From Alloascoidea hylecoeti (lineage: Eukaryota): 64,000 nt of DNA. Each line of letters opens with the position of its first letter. The first letter of the stretch is position 1. Where the stretch lies: NCBI GenBank assembly GCA_001600815.1, contig BCKZ01000007.1:558001-622000 (forward strand), written 5' to 3'. The notes under the pieces are model-generated. The model worked only from the letters and a program-made list of their open reading frames with translations, did not search any database and had not been told where the DNA came from. Shown here one piece after another: positions 1 through 11,444 of the stretch. The position numbers were made by a program, and so were the translations under genes.

Positions 1-173
1 CCTTTTTTGACTTCTTTTATTTTTGATTTATGTTTTTCGGAGCCATCTTTCCATCCTCCAACTTTCTTACCATTTATATCAAACACTTGTATTTCTGAGA
101 GTATAGAAGCATATAAAAAAGTTTCAGTCTTATCAATTGCAATTAATTGAAATGGGTGTTTCAGTATACTCAT
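1..173 (-). CDS. TRM82: tRNA (m7G46) methyltransferase non-catalytic WD40 subunit, 5' part only (runs off window)
   Basis: ATG at 173 opens MSILKHPFQLIAIDKTETFLYASILSEIQVFDINGKKVGGWKD, resembling the Trm82 N-terminus (HPFQ...VF...G.W.D); RRPE-like TGAAAATTT upstream at ~228; not in ORF track. Confidence 0.7.
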   Translation of the reverse strand, partial: MSILKHPFQLIAIDKTETFLYASILSEIQVFDINGKKVGGWKDGSEKHKSKIKEVKK

Positions 174-847
174 TATTTGTTCTTTCCCTTTTTCAAGATT
201 AATTAAACAGTTTACATTGAATAAATTTGAAAATTTGAAAAATCGTGTCACATGATGAAAAATCGTTTCTATTACCCTGACTTGTAATAATTATTAATTA
301 ATGAATCATTGTTGATTCCATTTTCATATATTATAATTAGTGGTTCAATTCAGTTAACGTTGCGTGTTTGAAAGTAACTCAACTCAATCGAGTTGAATCG
401 ATATCACAAGCTATTTAATTAATACTTTTAGTTGCAAGGATTTCGGTATCGAACAACAGTTTGAACTGAACAAAACGATGAGTACACGTCGAGGTTCTCA
501 CAAATTCACAATATAAGTTATTATTCAATTATAAAACCGTATCCTTACATTTATGAAACGATATCGATTACATCATTTAATATTTGTAATGATGATCCAA
601 CTCTAGATTTGAAAGCCTATCGAACTTATAGTTATGTATGTATAACAGTATATATGTAAAGTGAAAAGTTGCTTTAAATTTATATCATTGAGTATTCAAA
701 AGGAAAAAAATATATATATCTTAAACATTATATAAAACTTGTATAGAAAAACAATACCAAAAAGAAATGAACAAGACAAAAAAAAAAAAAAAAGATGTGT
801 ATAAAGGCCTATATATCCTTTAAAACTTTTGTTATAATGACTTAATT

Positions 848-2749
848 TTAAAAATCTCCTTCAACTAATCGATAAATAATATACATATAAACTGGTACAA
901 TAACATTATCATTCATACTACTAGTAGCTTCTAATAATGCTGTTGCAATGGCAGAAATCAAGACAGCAGAAAAAATAAAGGTTCCAGTAAATGCCCAAAC
1001 AATACTAAATCCGACGATCGAACCAACTATAAAAGCTAAAGTACCTTCTATTGTTTTTGAAGAATTTGGCCACTTATTTTTCCCATATCTTCTACCAATA
1101 ATCGAAGCAGCTGAGTCACCTAATCCAAGGCATATTATACCTGTTGCCGGTGCAGCTGAAAATGATGTAAGATCAGAATATAAATAAACAGGCAGTGAAA
1201 CGCCTAACAAAAGAAAAATATGGGAAACAATAATATTTCCAACTGTATCTCTTTCATTAACAAATTTCTTTAACTCAGAATGAATAATAGGACCAAATGG
1301 CGGTAATGCAATAACACGTATAAATTCAACTAACAAGAATAAAACCAATGCAATTCCCATCGCTAACTGAACAAATTCACGACATTTATAAATACCAAAT
1401 GGTATAAATAATAAAAAAACAGTAAAATGCCAAATTTTTCTTCTGAAATCTAATGGCCAATTAACTGATACTTTATTTATTAATGGAATTAATATACTTA
1501 GAGATATTAACCATATTGCTGTAATTTTTAGTCTTATTTCTGAATCATCTTTTAAAAACATATAATTAAACAACCAAACTAATGAATTTTGTTTCAAAAC
1601 TAATGAGAGTAAACCAAGGGAAATTATCATCATTGAAATGAAAAATATAAGATAAACACCATAAGCATATTTTAATTTAGTATTATCTGAATCTGGTAAT
1701 CTTTTATATAATGGTGTCCTTGTAATAGTAATTATTTTATTGATTAATGGTATTGAAGGAACAATTGAAATCGCAGAACCAAACAATAAAAATATAAAAA
1801 TTATCATTACTTGTCTTGTAGAATTTAAAAGTAAATTCATTAAAAGTAATGAAAATAAAGATATTTCAATATTTGATAAACTATTTGATGTCGAAAAGTT
1901 TATAAATTTTTGTGATAAATGAAAAATTGGTGAATATAATAAATATACTGATTTTGATGAGTTGAAAAATACTAAAAGTGATGATAAAACAGATGGTAAT
2001 GGTAAAAAATGTAAAGAAGTCAATAAATTTAATTCCAATCTATTATTAATTGAATTTGGAACCGATTTTAAATTTGTTAATGTTGATAATAAAAACGGAA
2101 AAATTAATAGATATAATAAATCCGGAAAAGAACATTTCTTCCTCTTTATTATCATAAGGGTCATACACGTTATAAACCATTTTTGAAATATTTGGCCCTG
2201 TTGATCTGAAGGATCAAGAATTTGATTTAATTTGCAATAGCAGACATAAATAAATGGAGCTAGTAGCAATACGCCCTCTATGGTGCTTCGCCGTAAAAAT
2301 GAATGTGACTCGGGATACTTTTCATCAAAGTCTTCAATAATTCCGTCCTCATAAGTATCATTATTAGTACCATAATCCATTTTATTTGTCGATATATTAG
2401 TACCATACATTTGATTTATTTTTGTTGTTATTGTGTTTTTGTTTTTGTTTTGGGTTTGCTGTTCTTTAATGTGTAAAAAATTGACAGCGTTGGTTTTACA
2501 GCTATAAGTTGGTTTATAGGATGTCCAGTCGGTAAGTTCAGACTCCGATTCACTGATCATTCCACTATCATCCGAATCAATAAGGACAGTGCTATCGATG
2601 CTACAGCTATAATCTGTTTCTATTCCGTTGTCGTCGTCGTCGTCGTCAGAATAGTTTGTGAAGAAAGAAGAGTGTGTCTCAGGATGTAAGGAATCTAAAC
2701 TTTGGAGGAAATCCAGTTGCAGCATATTTAAATTTTGATTTTTCTGCAT
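848..2749 (-). CDS. SEC59: Dolichol kinase (CTP-dependent, polytopic ER membrane protein)
   Basis: RRKIWHF, SHIFLLLG, GLGDSAASIIGRRYG...KTIEGT and NDN motifs; many TM helices; long acidic N-terminal extension. Confidence 0.92.
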   Translation of the reverse strand: MQKNQNLNMLQLDFLQSLDSLHPETHSSFFTNYSDDDDDDNGIETDYSCSIDSTVLIDSDDSGMISESESELTDWTSYKPTYSCKTNAVNFLHIKEQQTQNKNKNTITTKINQMYGTNISTNKMDYGTNNDTYEDGIIEDFDEKYPESHSFLRRSTIEGVLLLAPFIYVCYCKLNQILDPSDQQGQIFQKWFITCMTLMIIKRKKCSFPDLLYLLIFPFLLSTLTNLKSVPNSINNRLELNLLTSLHFLPLPSVLSSLLVFFNSSKSVYLLYSPIFHLSQKFINFSTSNSLSNIEISLFSLLLMNLLLNSTRQVMIIFIFLLFGSAISIVPSIPLINKIITITRTPLYKRLPDSDNTKLKYAYGVYLIFFISMMIISLGLLSLVLKQNSLVWLFNYMFLKDDSEIRLKITAIWLISLSILIPLINKVSVNWPLDFRRKIWHFTVFLLFIPFGIYKCREFVQLAMGIALVLFLLVEFIRVIALPPFGPIIHSELKKFVNERDTVGNIIVSHIFLLLGVSLPVYLYSDLTSFSAAPATGIICLGLGDSAASIIGRRYGKNKWPNSSKTIEGTLAFIVGSIVGFSIVWAFTGTFIFSAVLISAIATALLEATSSMNDNVIVPVYMYIIYRLVEGDF

Positions 2750-3559
2750 AAGTCAAGAATACTTTTCTTTTCTCCTTCTTACTTTTATTTTGTATTTTTA
2801 TTATGTATTTTTTATCAAGTAGATGAACGGTATCTTACTTTTTAAATGTTAAATTAATATAGTGCTAATTATTTTTTTCTTTCTGTGTTTGTAATCAGGG
2901 ACGTTTTGGGCGTTTGTCTATTTAAAGTTCGAAGAAGCTTTCGTACAATCTGTCCAAACTTTTTTATACTTATAATTGAACAGATTTTGATGTTTTTAAG
3001 GGGATAAGAGATATATTCAAAGTTCAGAGATCTGGGGAAATTGGGAGTATATTTATACAGTGATTCTTAGATTAATATTAATATTCATGTAGGTCATTGA
3101 TCTACTTTTTCAGACTCACATATAGTTTTTGTTATTTCAGATAATTGGTAACTATACATGCTAGGTAAAATATATAATAACTAGGTAGCAAGTCATGTTT
3201 ATTAAATATATGGAATTGTAACACCAGCAACAACAAAGAAATAATCTAAGTTGAACCAGCGTTTTCTGTGTTCAGAGGTGATAAATAGGCGATGCAGCAG
3301 TCTTGTGACCTGGTCCAGTACCAGTCACAGTGTTGTTCTTTCTTCAAAATTTATAAATCGTTCACGACTTCTCTTTAAAGCCGAATGGTATTTAGCTACA
3401 GCAAGGGATTATCAGTGATTCGACAGAACGGCATAGTTATTGCATTAATTATTTTCAAAACGAAAGATTATCGTTCGGACATAAATGTCTATAATAGCTT
3501 ATATAAGCTGTGATACTCATCCTTTCATCCTGCAAACACGCCAAGGTTCAGTACAACAT

Positions 3560-4550
3560 TCACGTGTGTGGCCTCACGTGGAGAGTTGATTAAGCACAGT
3601 TTTTCCACAGAATTCGCCATATTAGAGAGATATTTTCGTCACCTTAGTGCGTGCGATTTCGATACTTTTTAATAATCAGTCTTAGGGGTGACGAACTCTT
3701 CGTCATTTGGTTTTCATATATTTCGCTATATCCTTGACCGAACATTTCGTCCCCATATTCGACATATGGAATTCTTCTATTATCTTAAGTTTGTTGTAGT
3801 AATTTATTGGATATCTATCCATATACCATAGATGAGCGGGTTGTTCATCAGCTGTAACAATATTGGCTAGTTTCAAACGGTTGCCACTAACTCTCCAGAT
3901 CTGTGTACCACCTGGTGTGATGAGATCAAACGTATTGTTTTATACGACTTAACGATCAAAAACGAAGCGTCATAATATGGCTGAATTATTTCGTCAAGTT
4001 CTGAATTCCCGTGGTGAGAAAACAGACCAAATCTAGAGGTGTTTGTTTTTCCTTATCTGGAACTTCATTTTTGATATCTTTTGGCATGTTTTATTGTTGT
4101 ACGTAATACTATCACGTGAGTAAGCGTTCTGAGGTTCACTAAAATTTCACAATTGCACGTGACCCAACGCTAGATTTACCGTTTATGGTATAAAATACCG
4201 TAGGATTTCTCCTCCTTCAATTGACTTGAAGGAGGATTAATTCGTGGGTCCCACAACTTAAGTTACAAGACTTTTATATATTATAAATTATTAATTATTT
4301 GAAGATCTGCTGGAATCTTGATTTTGTGTTCATATTTCACAATCGCACGATTGCACGGCCTTGACATATATAAAGCTTATTTAGTCCCAACGTTATACCA
4401 TAAATCAATATAGCAGTAGAAATACAGAGCTTATCTCATATCTCCTATTTCCTTGCGTTACATACGGAATACACTTAAACTTGCAAAGTAATGGTCAATA
4501 GATTTGCATAAAGAAGATTAAGACACATGGTTTTTGATATACATTACTAA
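3560..4550. promoter_or_regulatory. Cluster of bHLH (Cbf1-type) E-boxes plus Met31/32-like and Yap1-like sites upstream of GSH1
   Basis: TCACGTG at 3560 and 3574, TCACGTGA at 4112, CACGTGAC at 4156, GCACAGTTT at ~3594, TTACTAA at 4544. Confidence 0.5.
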
Positions 4551-4915
4551 TACATTGTTATTGAAAAATATTTATCTGCAATTGGAATTGCTTATAAATC
4601 CTCTTCTTTCTAATCTTAAATTTTAAACCTCTTTTATTTTTCTCCCTTATCACACTTTCCTTTAAAGCAATCTAACTAATTCTCTATTTCTAGTGGTAGT
4701 TCTGGTTTGTCCTATCCTGCCTCTGATTTTGATTTTGATTTTAAAGTTAAAGAAAAAAGAAAAAGTAGTTGTTGTGTGAATCATCTTAATCTTAACTTCA
4801 TTTGTTTTTTGAAGACTTCTTTTCTTCGCATTCCTATATCTCAAATCACAGACCCTTTTTACTTTTATTCTCTCATACTTCCACTTTAAAAAGGAGCATA
4901 AGATATTCATTCATC

Positions 4916-7192
4916 ATGGGTTTACTGTAAGTCTCTCATTGTTCTTAAACGCACTATATCTTTTTTTTTTTTGTTCGAAATAATTTTTTCCAAAGCATAA
5001 TTACTAATCGTTGAAATAGATCACTAGGAACACCTCTTCATTGGAACGAAGCAAAAACACATGCCGATCATGTCCGGTATCACGGTATTCTTCAGTTGAT
5101 TAATATTTTCACCGATGCCGTTAGTCGTTCTAATGATCCTCCTCTATGGGGAGATGAGATTGAATATATGGTGGTTAAATTTGACCCACAATCAAATGTG
5201 GCCTATCTTTCCTTGAATCATGATGAATTAAATGATAAAATAAATAGCGAAGTTGGTCACCAGGAGAATGTTTCTTTCCATCCAGAATATGGTAGATTCA
5301 TGCTTGAAGCAACTCCAAATAGCCCCTATGATAGTGCTGAACTTTCTGATTTTGCCTATGTTTTAATCAATATGACCAGAAGAAGAGAATTAGCGGTTGA
5401 GTTCATTGCTAGAGATTTTGAAAATACGATTCCAATGACAATCACTTCATACCCTTTATTAGGTACCCCTTCTCAATTCACTGTTCCTCATTTCCCTCCG
5501 ACTGGCCCGGTATCACGGAGTTTGTTTATCCCTGATGAGCTTATAAATTTACATGTTAGATTTCCTACTCTAACTGCAAATATTAGACGTCGTCGAAAGG
5601 AGAAAGTTGCCATTAATGTTCCTATTTTCAAAGATGTGAACACTCCCTCTCCTTTCCACGATCCTCTTATTCCATGGGATAGAAACATATACCCTGAGGA
5701 TTCAAATGCCAAGGACGGGGCCGCTCTAGATGACCATATTTATATGGACTCCATGGGTTTTGGTATGGGTTGCTGTTGTCTTCAGGTCACTATGCAATCA
5801 AAGGACATAAATGAAGCTCGTTATATGTATGATTCATTAGCTCCTCTAACCCCAATCTTACTTTCGTTGACGGCTGCTGCGCCGATATTTAGAGGTTATT
5901 TAGCCGAACAAGATGTTAGATGGAATGTTATTGCTGGTGCAGTTGATGATAGAACAAGAGAAGAGCGTGGTCTAGAGCCATTAAAAAATGATAAATATGT
6001 CATACCTAAGTCAAGATATGACTCTATAGATTCATACCTTGGTGATATCACGACAAATTTTGGTTCATCTGAAACCGGAAAATTTAATTACTTTAAAACG
6101 GAAAAATATAATGATAATGATCTCATTGTTGATGAAGCAATCAAACAACAGTTAATAAATGCCGGGTTTGATGAAACATTAGCTTCACATTTTGCACATC
6201 TTTTTATTCGTGATCCAATTGTTATTTTTACTGAATTATTAAATCTTGATGATACAAAATCTTCTGACCATCTTGAAAATATACAATCTACAAATTGGCA
6301 AACTGTTAGATTTAAACCACCACCACCAAAATCAGTAAATGATCATGATATTGGTTGGAGGGTTGAATTTAGATCGATGGAAATTCAAATTTCAGATTTT
6401 GAAAATGCTGCTTTTGCATGTTTTATTGTTTTAATTTCAAGAGTTATTTTAAAACGAAAATTAAATTTATATATGCCAATTAGTAAAGTTGATGTTAATA
6501 TGAAGACTGCCCATAAGGTTGATTCTGTTATAAAAGACAAGTTTCATTTTAGGAAGGATTTAGGTTATAAAATTACTGGTACTAATGGTTCAACAAATGA
6601 TTCTGCAAATGGTTCTGCAAATGGTTCTGCAAATGGCCCTGCAAATGGTTCTGCAAATGGTTCTTCAAATGGTTCTGCAAATGGTTCTTCAAATGGTTCT
6701 GCAAATGGTTCTTCAAATGGTTCTGCAAATGGTACATTAAATGGGTTTGCAAATGGTACACTCAAAAAACCTACAACCAATGGTTATGCTAATGGTAGTG
6801 TCAATGGTAATGGCAGCACTGTTGATTCAGAAGTTGGTAGTTTTACTGTTAACGAAATTATCAACGGTTCATCTTCCTTCCAAGGTTTTATTCCATTAAT
6901 TCGCGAGTACTTAGACACAGAATTCCCAGTAAATGAACATCATTCTCAAAATGATAACTCTTCTAGAACAGTTATTAATTCATACCTGAATCTAATTTCA
7001 AAAAGAGCTTCTGGCGAATTGCCAACAGCCGCAAGATGGATTAGAAATTTTGTAACTTCTCATCCTGGTTATAAAAAGGATAGTGTTGTGACTCCAGAGA
7101 TTAATTATGATCTATTATCTGCAATAAAAAATATTGTTGGAGGTGGTAAGAATGGAAGAGTATATGCTGAGGAATTATTGGGAAGAAATTAA
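4916..7192 (+). CDS. GSH1: Glutamate-cysteine ligase; exons 4916-4926 and 5020-7192
   Basis: GTAAGT...TACTAAT...TAG intron restores MGLLSLGTPLHWNE; motifs LWGDEIEY, HPEYGRFMLEATP, YMDSMGFGMGCCCLQ, QSTNWQTVRFKPPP, GWRVEFRSME. Confidence 0.97.
6584..6763 (+). repeat. Coding 12-bp minisatellite (AATGGTTCTGCA-type, ~15 units) encoding (NGSA/NGSS)n in GSH1
   Basis: Tandem array directly visible, with a 24-bp higher-order NGSA-NGSS unit. Confidence 0.95.
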
Positions 7193-7779
7193 TAAGCATA
7201 TATAGTATGTACCCTTTAAGAAAGTTAAAAATAAATTTGGAAAAGAAGAGAATTCGGAATAAAGATATTAGAGAAACTCCCTTTTTACAAAACTTTATCT
7301 ATTTCGCAACATTTATATTCTTATTGTGGAATATTTTTATACCAAAAAACTTGAAAATTAATATTATTAATTGGTTTTTTGTTTTATTTAAACTACTGTC
7401 TTTTTATTATTATTATCTCTTTGTTATATTGTTACTTGACACTAAATTGAACTAACAATTATTATTATTAGCACATTTATATATACTTTCCTTCAACGAC
7501 ATTTAATTTACTAGCTGCCATGTTTTTTATTCTTTAGAATTCATTCTTTAATACTTATCTCTCTTTTAATTGCGATATAACAGCTATTATAGAAGAGAAA
7601 ATACTTACGCTAACTATGGTATATCAATATCAATTTTGTAATATTATAGTGTAGAAAGTATATCGCGTGTGGGATGAAATGAATCATTTGTTTTAGGTCC
7701 AATAAATAAGTTGTATTCAATGATGATGATTAAATTTTATTTTTCTATATTACATTCTCATCTTAAGATTTAACTAAAT

Positions 7780-8710
7780 TAAAAGTAAACTAGAGGTAGA
7801 ATAACCTCTATCAAATTGAGTTGGATCAATTATATTTTGTCTCTCACCACTTTCTTCCTTTGTTGTTCCTATCGCAAGCACTTTCCCATCTTCTACATTT
7901 TTCATCAATTATTCTGTGGTATTAAGTTTGGATGGTTGATTTTCCTTAATTAGTTGTAAAAATATAAATTTAATAAATGCATATTATTGTTGAAAGAACG
8001 TGCATCTGAGAATTGACCTATGGACATAATAAAAATTGAATACTCATTAAACCATCTCCATCTCTTCTTATTTGATTTCTTGTAGCTAATCTAACTGAGT
8101 TTTCTTATTAAATAGTGTGAATTTGTATGAACCTACAATGGTAGTTTCATTACTATCATTTCTTAAAGTAGGTAAATTTCCATTTTCATTTTCATTCTCA
8201 TTATCATCTCCATCAGTATCTTCTAGGGAGTGAGTGTACCATAAATATTTCTAATATCGATTTAACATTGGGAAATACAATCTTAGAAGATCCCATTTCA
8301 CCTTTTGATATCATCGCAAATCTACCATTTTGACCCTTTCATCATTATTTTTCCAATTGTGATTCCTTTTTTGTTGTTATTTAGCATAAATAATTATAGA
8401 TTCCGTTTTAATTTCTTCCCACATAATATCACCTTTTAAAATGATTTCTAATATAATTTTGAAATATTTAATCCATTAAATGAATCAATTGCATCTAAAT
8501 TATCAATATAAGTTTGAAATTTACATGTTTCTGTTATGATCTCATCTTGTATTGTTAATGTAGATAAGATAATCGAGCAATTGTTAAGCCTATTGTTTCA
8601 ACAAATGAGTTCAAGTCAATCGAGAAAGAAACTGGACCTTGTGTGCTTTGAGATACAGGCTGATTAAAAGTGTAAGAAGAGAATAGCAGTCTTTCCAATA
8701 CATGTAACCG
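7780..8710 (-). pseudogene. RAD17: Decayed 9-1-1 checkpoint clamp subunit gene (Rad1/Rec1 family; S. cerevisiae Rad17)
   Basis: Colinear fragments in shifting frames: LERLLFSSYTF, VSFSIDLNSFVETI, TIARLSY, LTIQDEIITETCKFQTY, LEIILKGD, SKGEMGSSKIVFPNVKSILEIF, SYKFTLFNK, SVRLATRNQIRRDGDGLMSIQFLL, AFIKFIFL; multiple frameshifts and stops. Confidence 0.75.
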
Positions 8711-8833
8711 GCTATTAAGCTTATAAAATCACATCAGTACCGCACGTGATGGACTAATTCGGCTGTATATGGGCATAGAAGCTGCTTAAGAGAACCTCGA
8801 TCTGGATATTAATTTTGGTATTCTCACGGAATT

Positions 8834-9607
8834 ATGATGAGTCCTAATAATAATTCAAAGCAGACAAATGAAAGTACAGTTGGAAACTCTTCATATAATC
8901 TTGAGTTCTTTCAATTGGAATCCATCAATATTAAAATTCACATCAGCGTTGCCTATTTAATTCTGGGATCTTCTGTGTTTTTGGCTTATAAGGTATACTC
9001 AAACTTCTTTTCTTTAGATTCCTCTAGAAGTATTAAGTCTACGGTTATACCTAGATCCAAAGGGTATATATCAAAGAAGATTTTTATAGAAAAATTGCAA
9101 TTGTTGTTAGCAAAGTATATTTTATTATAATTATTATAACTTTGTGTCTCTAATTTGATCTAACTTCTTTTTTACCTATTATTTTATGATTCGGGTATTC
9201 CCTTCCTCGAGATGTTACAGAATATTCGCTATTTGGTACTTATCTTAACTCCAGAGGTATCACTTGACGAATTCAGATCTTTCTATCGCGTCCCAGATAA
9301 AATGAACTATTAGCTTATTTCCTGTGATCAGTTTTATCAAATTCCTCGGAATATAAAACGAGAAAAATTCAATTTGGTGTTTTTACCAAACGATTTTGAT
9401 TATTTTAGATGGACGCCTGTTTCTATGAGAGGTAAGTTTATGAGTCTTGTTAAAATATTTACTTATATTCCAATTGATGTGATAACGCTGACTATTAAAT
9501 CAAAACTAATTCAAATGTATATAACATAACTTATAGACTTTATTGAGGTTATCGTTCGTTTGGATTCTGACCCCAAAAGAGAGATTCTTTCTTTTATGCC
9601 AGAATAG
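8834..9607 (+). pseudogene. Decayed PEX22-like peroxin gene with intron remnants
   Basis: N-terminal TM (VAYLILGSSVFLAYKVY), then after a frameshift RKIAIVVSK, DSGIPFLEMLQNIRYLVLILTPEVSLDE, KMNY*LISCDQ (in-frame TAG 9311-9313), FIEVIVRLD; intron-like GTATAT..CTAAC and GTAAGT..GCTGAC..TAG. Confidence 0.5.
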
Positions 9608-10658
9608 TATTAAATAAACATCAGATCTATTCATTTCAGCGTTATAAATAGTTATATATACTTAAATTTATATAAAGTATTAGTGTAAGTTATATTGCCA
9701 TTTTTTTATATAACAAACATTAAAACTATGATCAATATTAATTATCATTATAAATAATGTTTTTGGCTTGAGCTTACAATTGTAGTAGCTATAGCTATAT
9801 AGTAGAATACCACAACTAGCAGAGTACATTCAGATATAACAAAGCTAAATTCCCCATATTCAATCAAGTGAGAAATAAATACTGGTTTAGTTCCCAGGCC
9901 TCACATGATAGAAAAATATTAAAACGCTGATTTCTCAAAAACTGTTCTATAGATCGTTGAAAAAATTATTAAAGGTTTTGACTAGAGGAATTTAAGAGTT
10001 GGGAAAAATCAGGAGAAAAGCAAAAAAGATGAAAAAAAGTTAAGTTTTCTGATTTATAATTAAGCAATGAGCCTAGGAAAAACACCATAGTATTATATAA
10101 TATCATTTATTTATGTGGAGAAAATCTAGCAAAAACATATATACAAAGTCATTGTAAGTAAGATGATTATTAATTATAATTAATACACTACTGGTAATAT
10201 TAAAGTCGCCAGCTTTTATGATTAACTTCAAAATTCAATCAATCAGCAGATAACCTTATAATTATATCCTTAGAATTATAACTTTTGTGTCTAGCTCTGA
10301 TGATCGCTTTATTATATCCCCGGCCCCTCAATTGCGAAAGCTATTAATATTAATTCGTTTTGGACGTGATGTACCCCAACCGCAGAAGTTTCTATGGGCT
10401 GATTATATTGCACAATATTGTAATTGAAATTGATATTTTCTAGACGAGTAATACATATTACTCTGGAAATTTCTATGTTCTAAAATGGGTTCCAGATAAA
10501 TTTAATGGTTGTATCATTGAACAATCATTCACACTTCACAGTAATTTCATAGCTATATATAGTCATTATTAATTCTGATTGACATCACTCATATGAAAAA
10601 ATATAAGCTTAAGAAAAGTATCAATATTTCAAATTCAAATAAGTTATATATGAATCCT

Positions 10659-11150
10659 TTAAAGGGGTAAAAAGAAGGCCGGGTCAAGTCTAAAGTTGCA
10701 ATGGACACCACTACAAAGACATCCCTATAGCTAATAATGTTAACCTTCCGAAAAGGCATGTATAGAGATAGTAGATACTTAATAATTACTTATAGACTGA
10801 CTGAGAGTCATACTTGCCTTATAATATACGTAAATACGATATAAGTGTAGTCAGTGGTCACACACCTTTAATTAATTACAATTTTGTATACCATATTATC
10901 CATGGCCGGGAAACAATAAGGACCATTTGTTTATAATTAATTTTATATTAAATGTTTAAATATATAAAAAAGTACAATAATGAATTAAATCGTAATTATT
11001 GCTTCCATCACCAATTCCGGACCCCGAAAAAAGGGTTTCTCGAAGGCACCTATATGTAGTTAGGGTTATCTTATCATCAGTGATATTTGCGGTCGATATA
11101 GATGTTATTGTTATATAAAACACAACCAAATGCAATAGATATAAAATCAT
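10659..11150 (-). pseudogene. Possible disrupted gene for a small secreted Cys-rich protein
   Basis: Signal-peptide-like start MILYLLHLVVFYITITSIST; downstream GPYCFP...*RCVTT...Q, then intron 10813-10725 (GTATGA..GTTAAC..TAG) into GCLCSGVHCNFRLDPAFFLPL*; in-frame TAA at 10868-10870. Confidence 0.25.
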
Positions 11151-11444
11151 AAACTAGCATAAGAAATTTAAAGGGATAATTTGAAATATTATAGAGATAT
11201 CCATTATAATAAACTTTATATAGAAGTTAAGGTAAAAGGCATCGGATGGATCTCATGAAAAGACAGCATCGATATCATTCGCTTATAATGTATAAAATAA
11301 TAACATAATTATTAATTACATATATAAAACTACATGCTCTGGCGGTATTTTTTGTGATTGCCTGCTGGTGTTTCGTATCTTAAGCTTCATCCTATATATT
11401 TCACCTCACAGCTTGCAATCAGTAAACTTTTGGTCTTGAGAGCC

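Noticed and set aside
948..2186. Short + strand ORFs (948, 1740, 1962)
   Set aside because: Antisense shadows of SEC59 with no independent motifs
3304..3329. Hairpin TGTGACCTGGT-ccagt-ACCAGTCACA
   Set aside because: Isolated stem with no recognisable RNA family motif (no TPP riboswitch or snoRNA boxes)
6565..6780. ORF with (EPFA)n repeats
   Set aside because: Reverse complement of the GSH1 minisatellite
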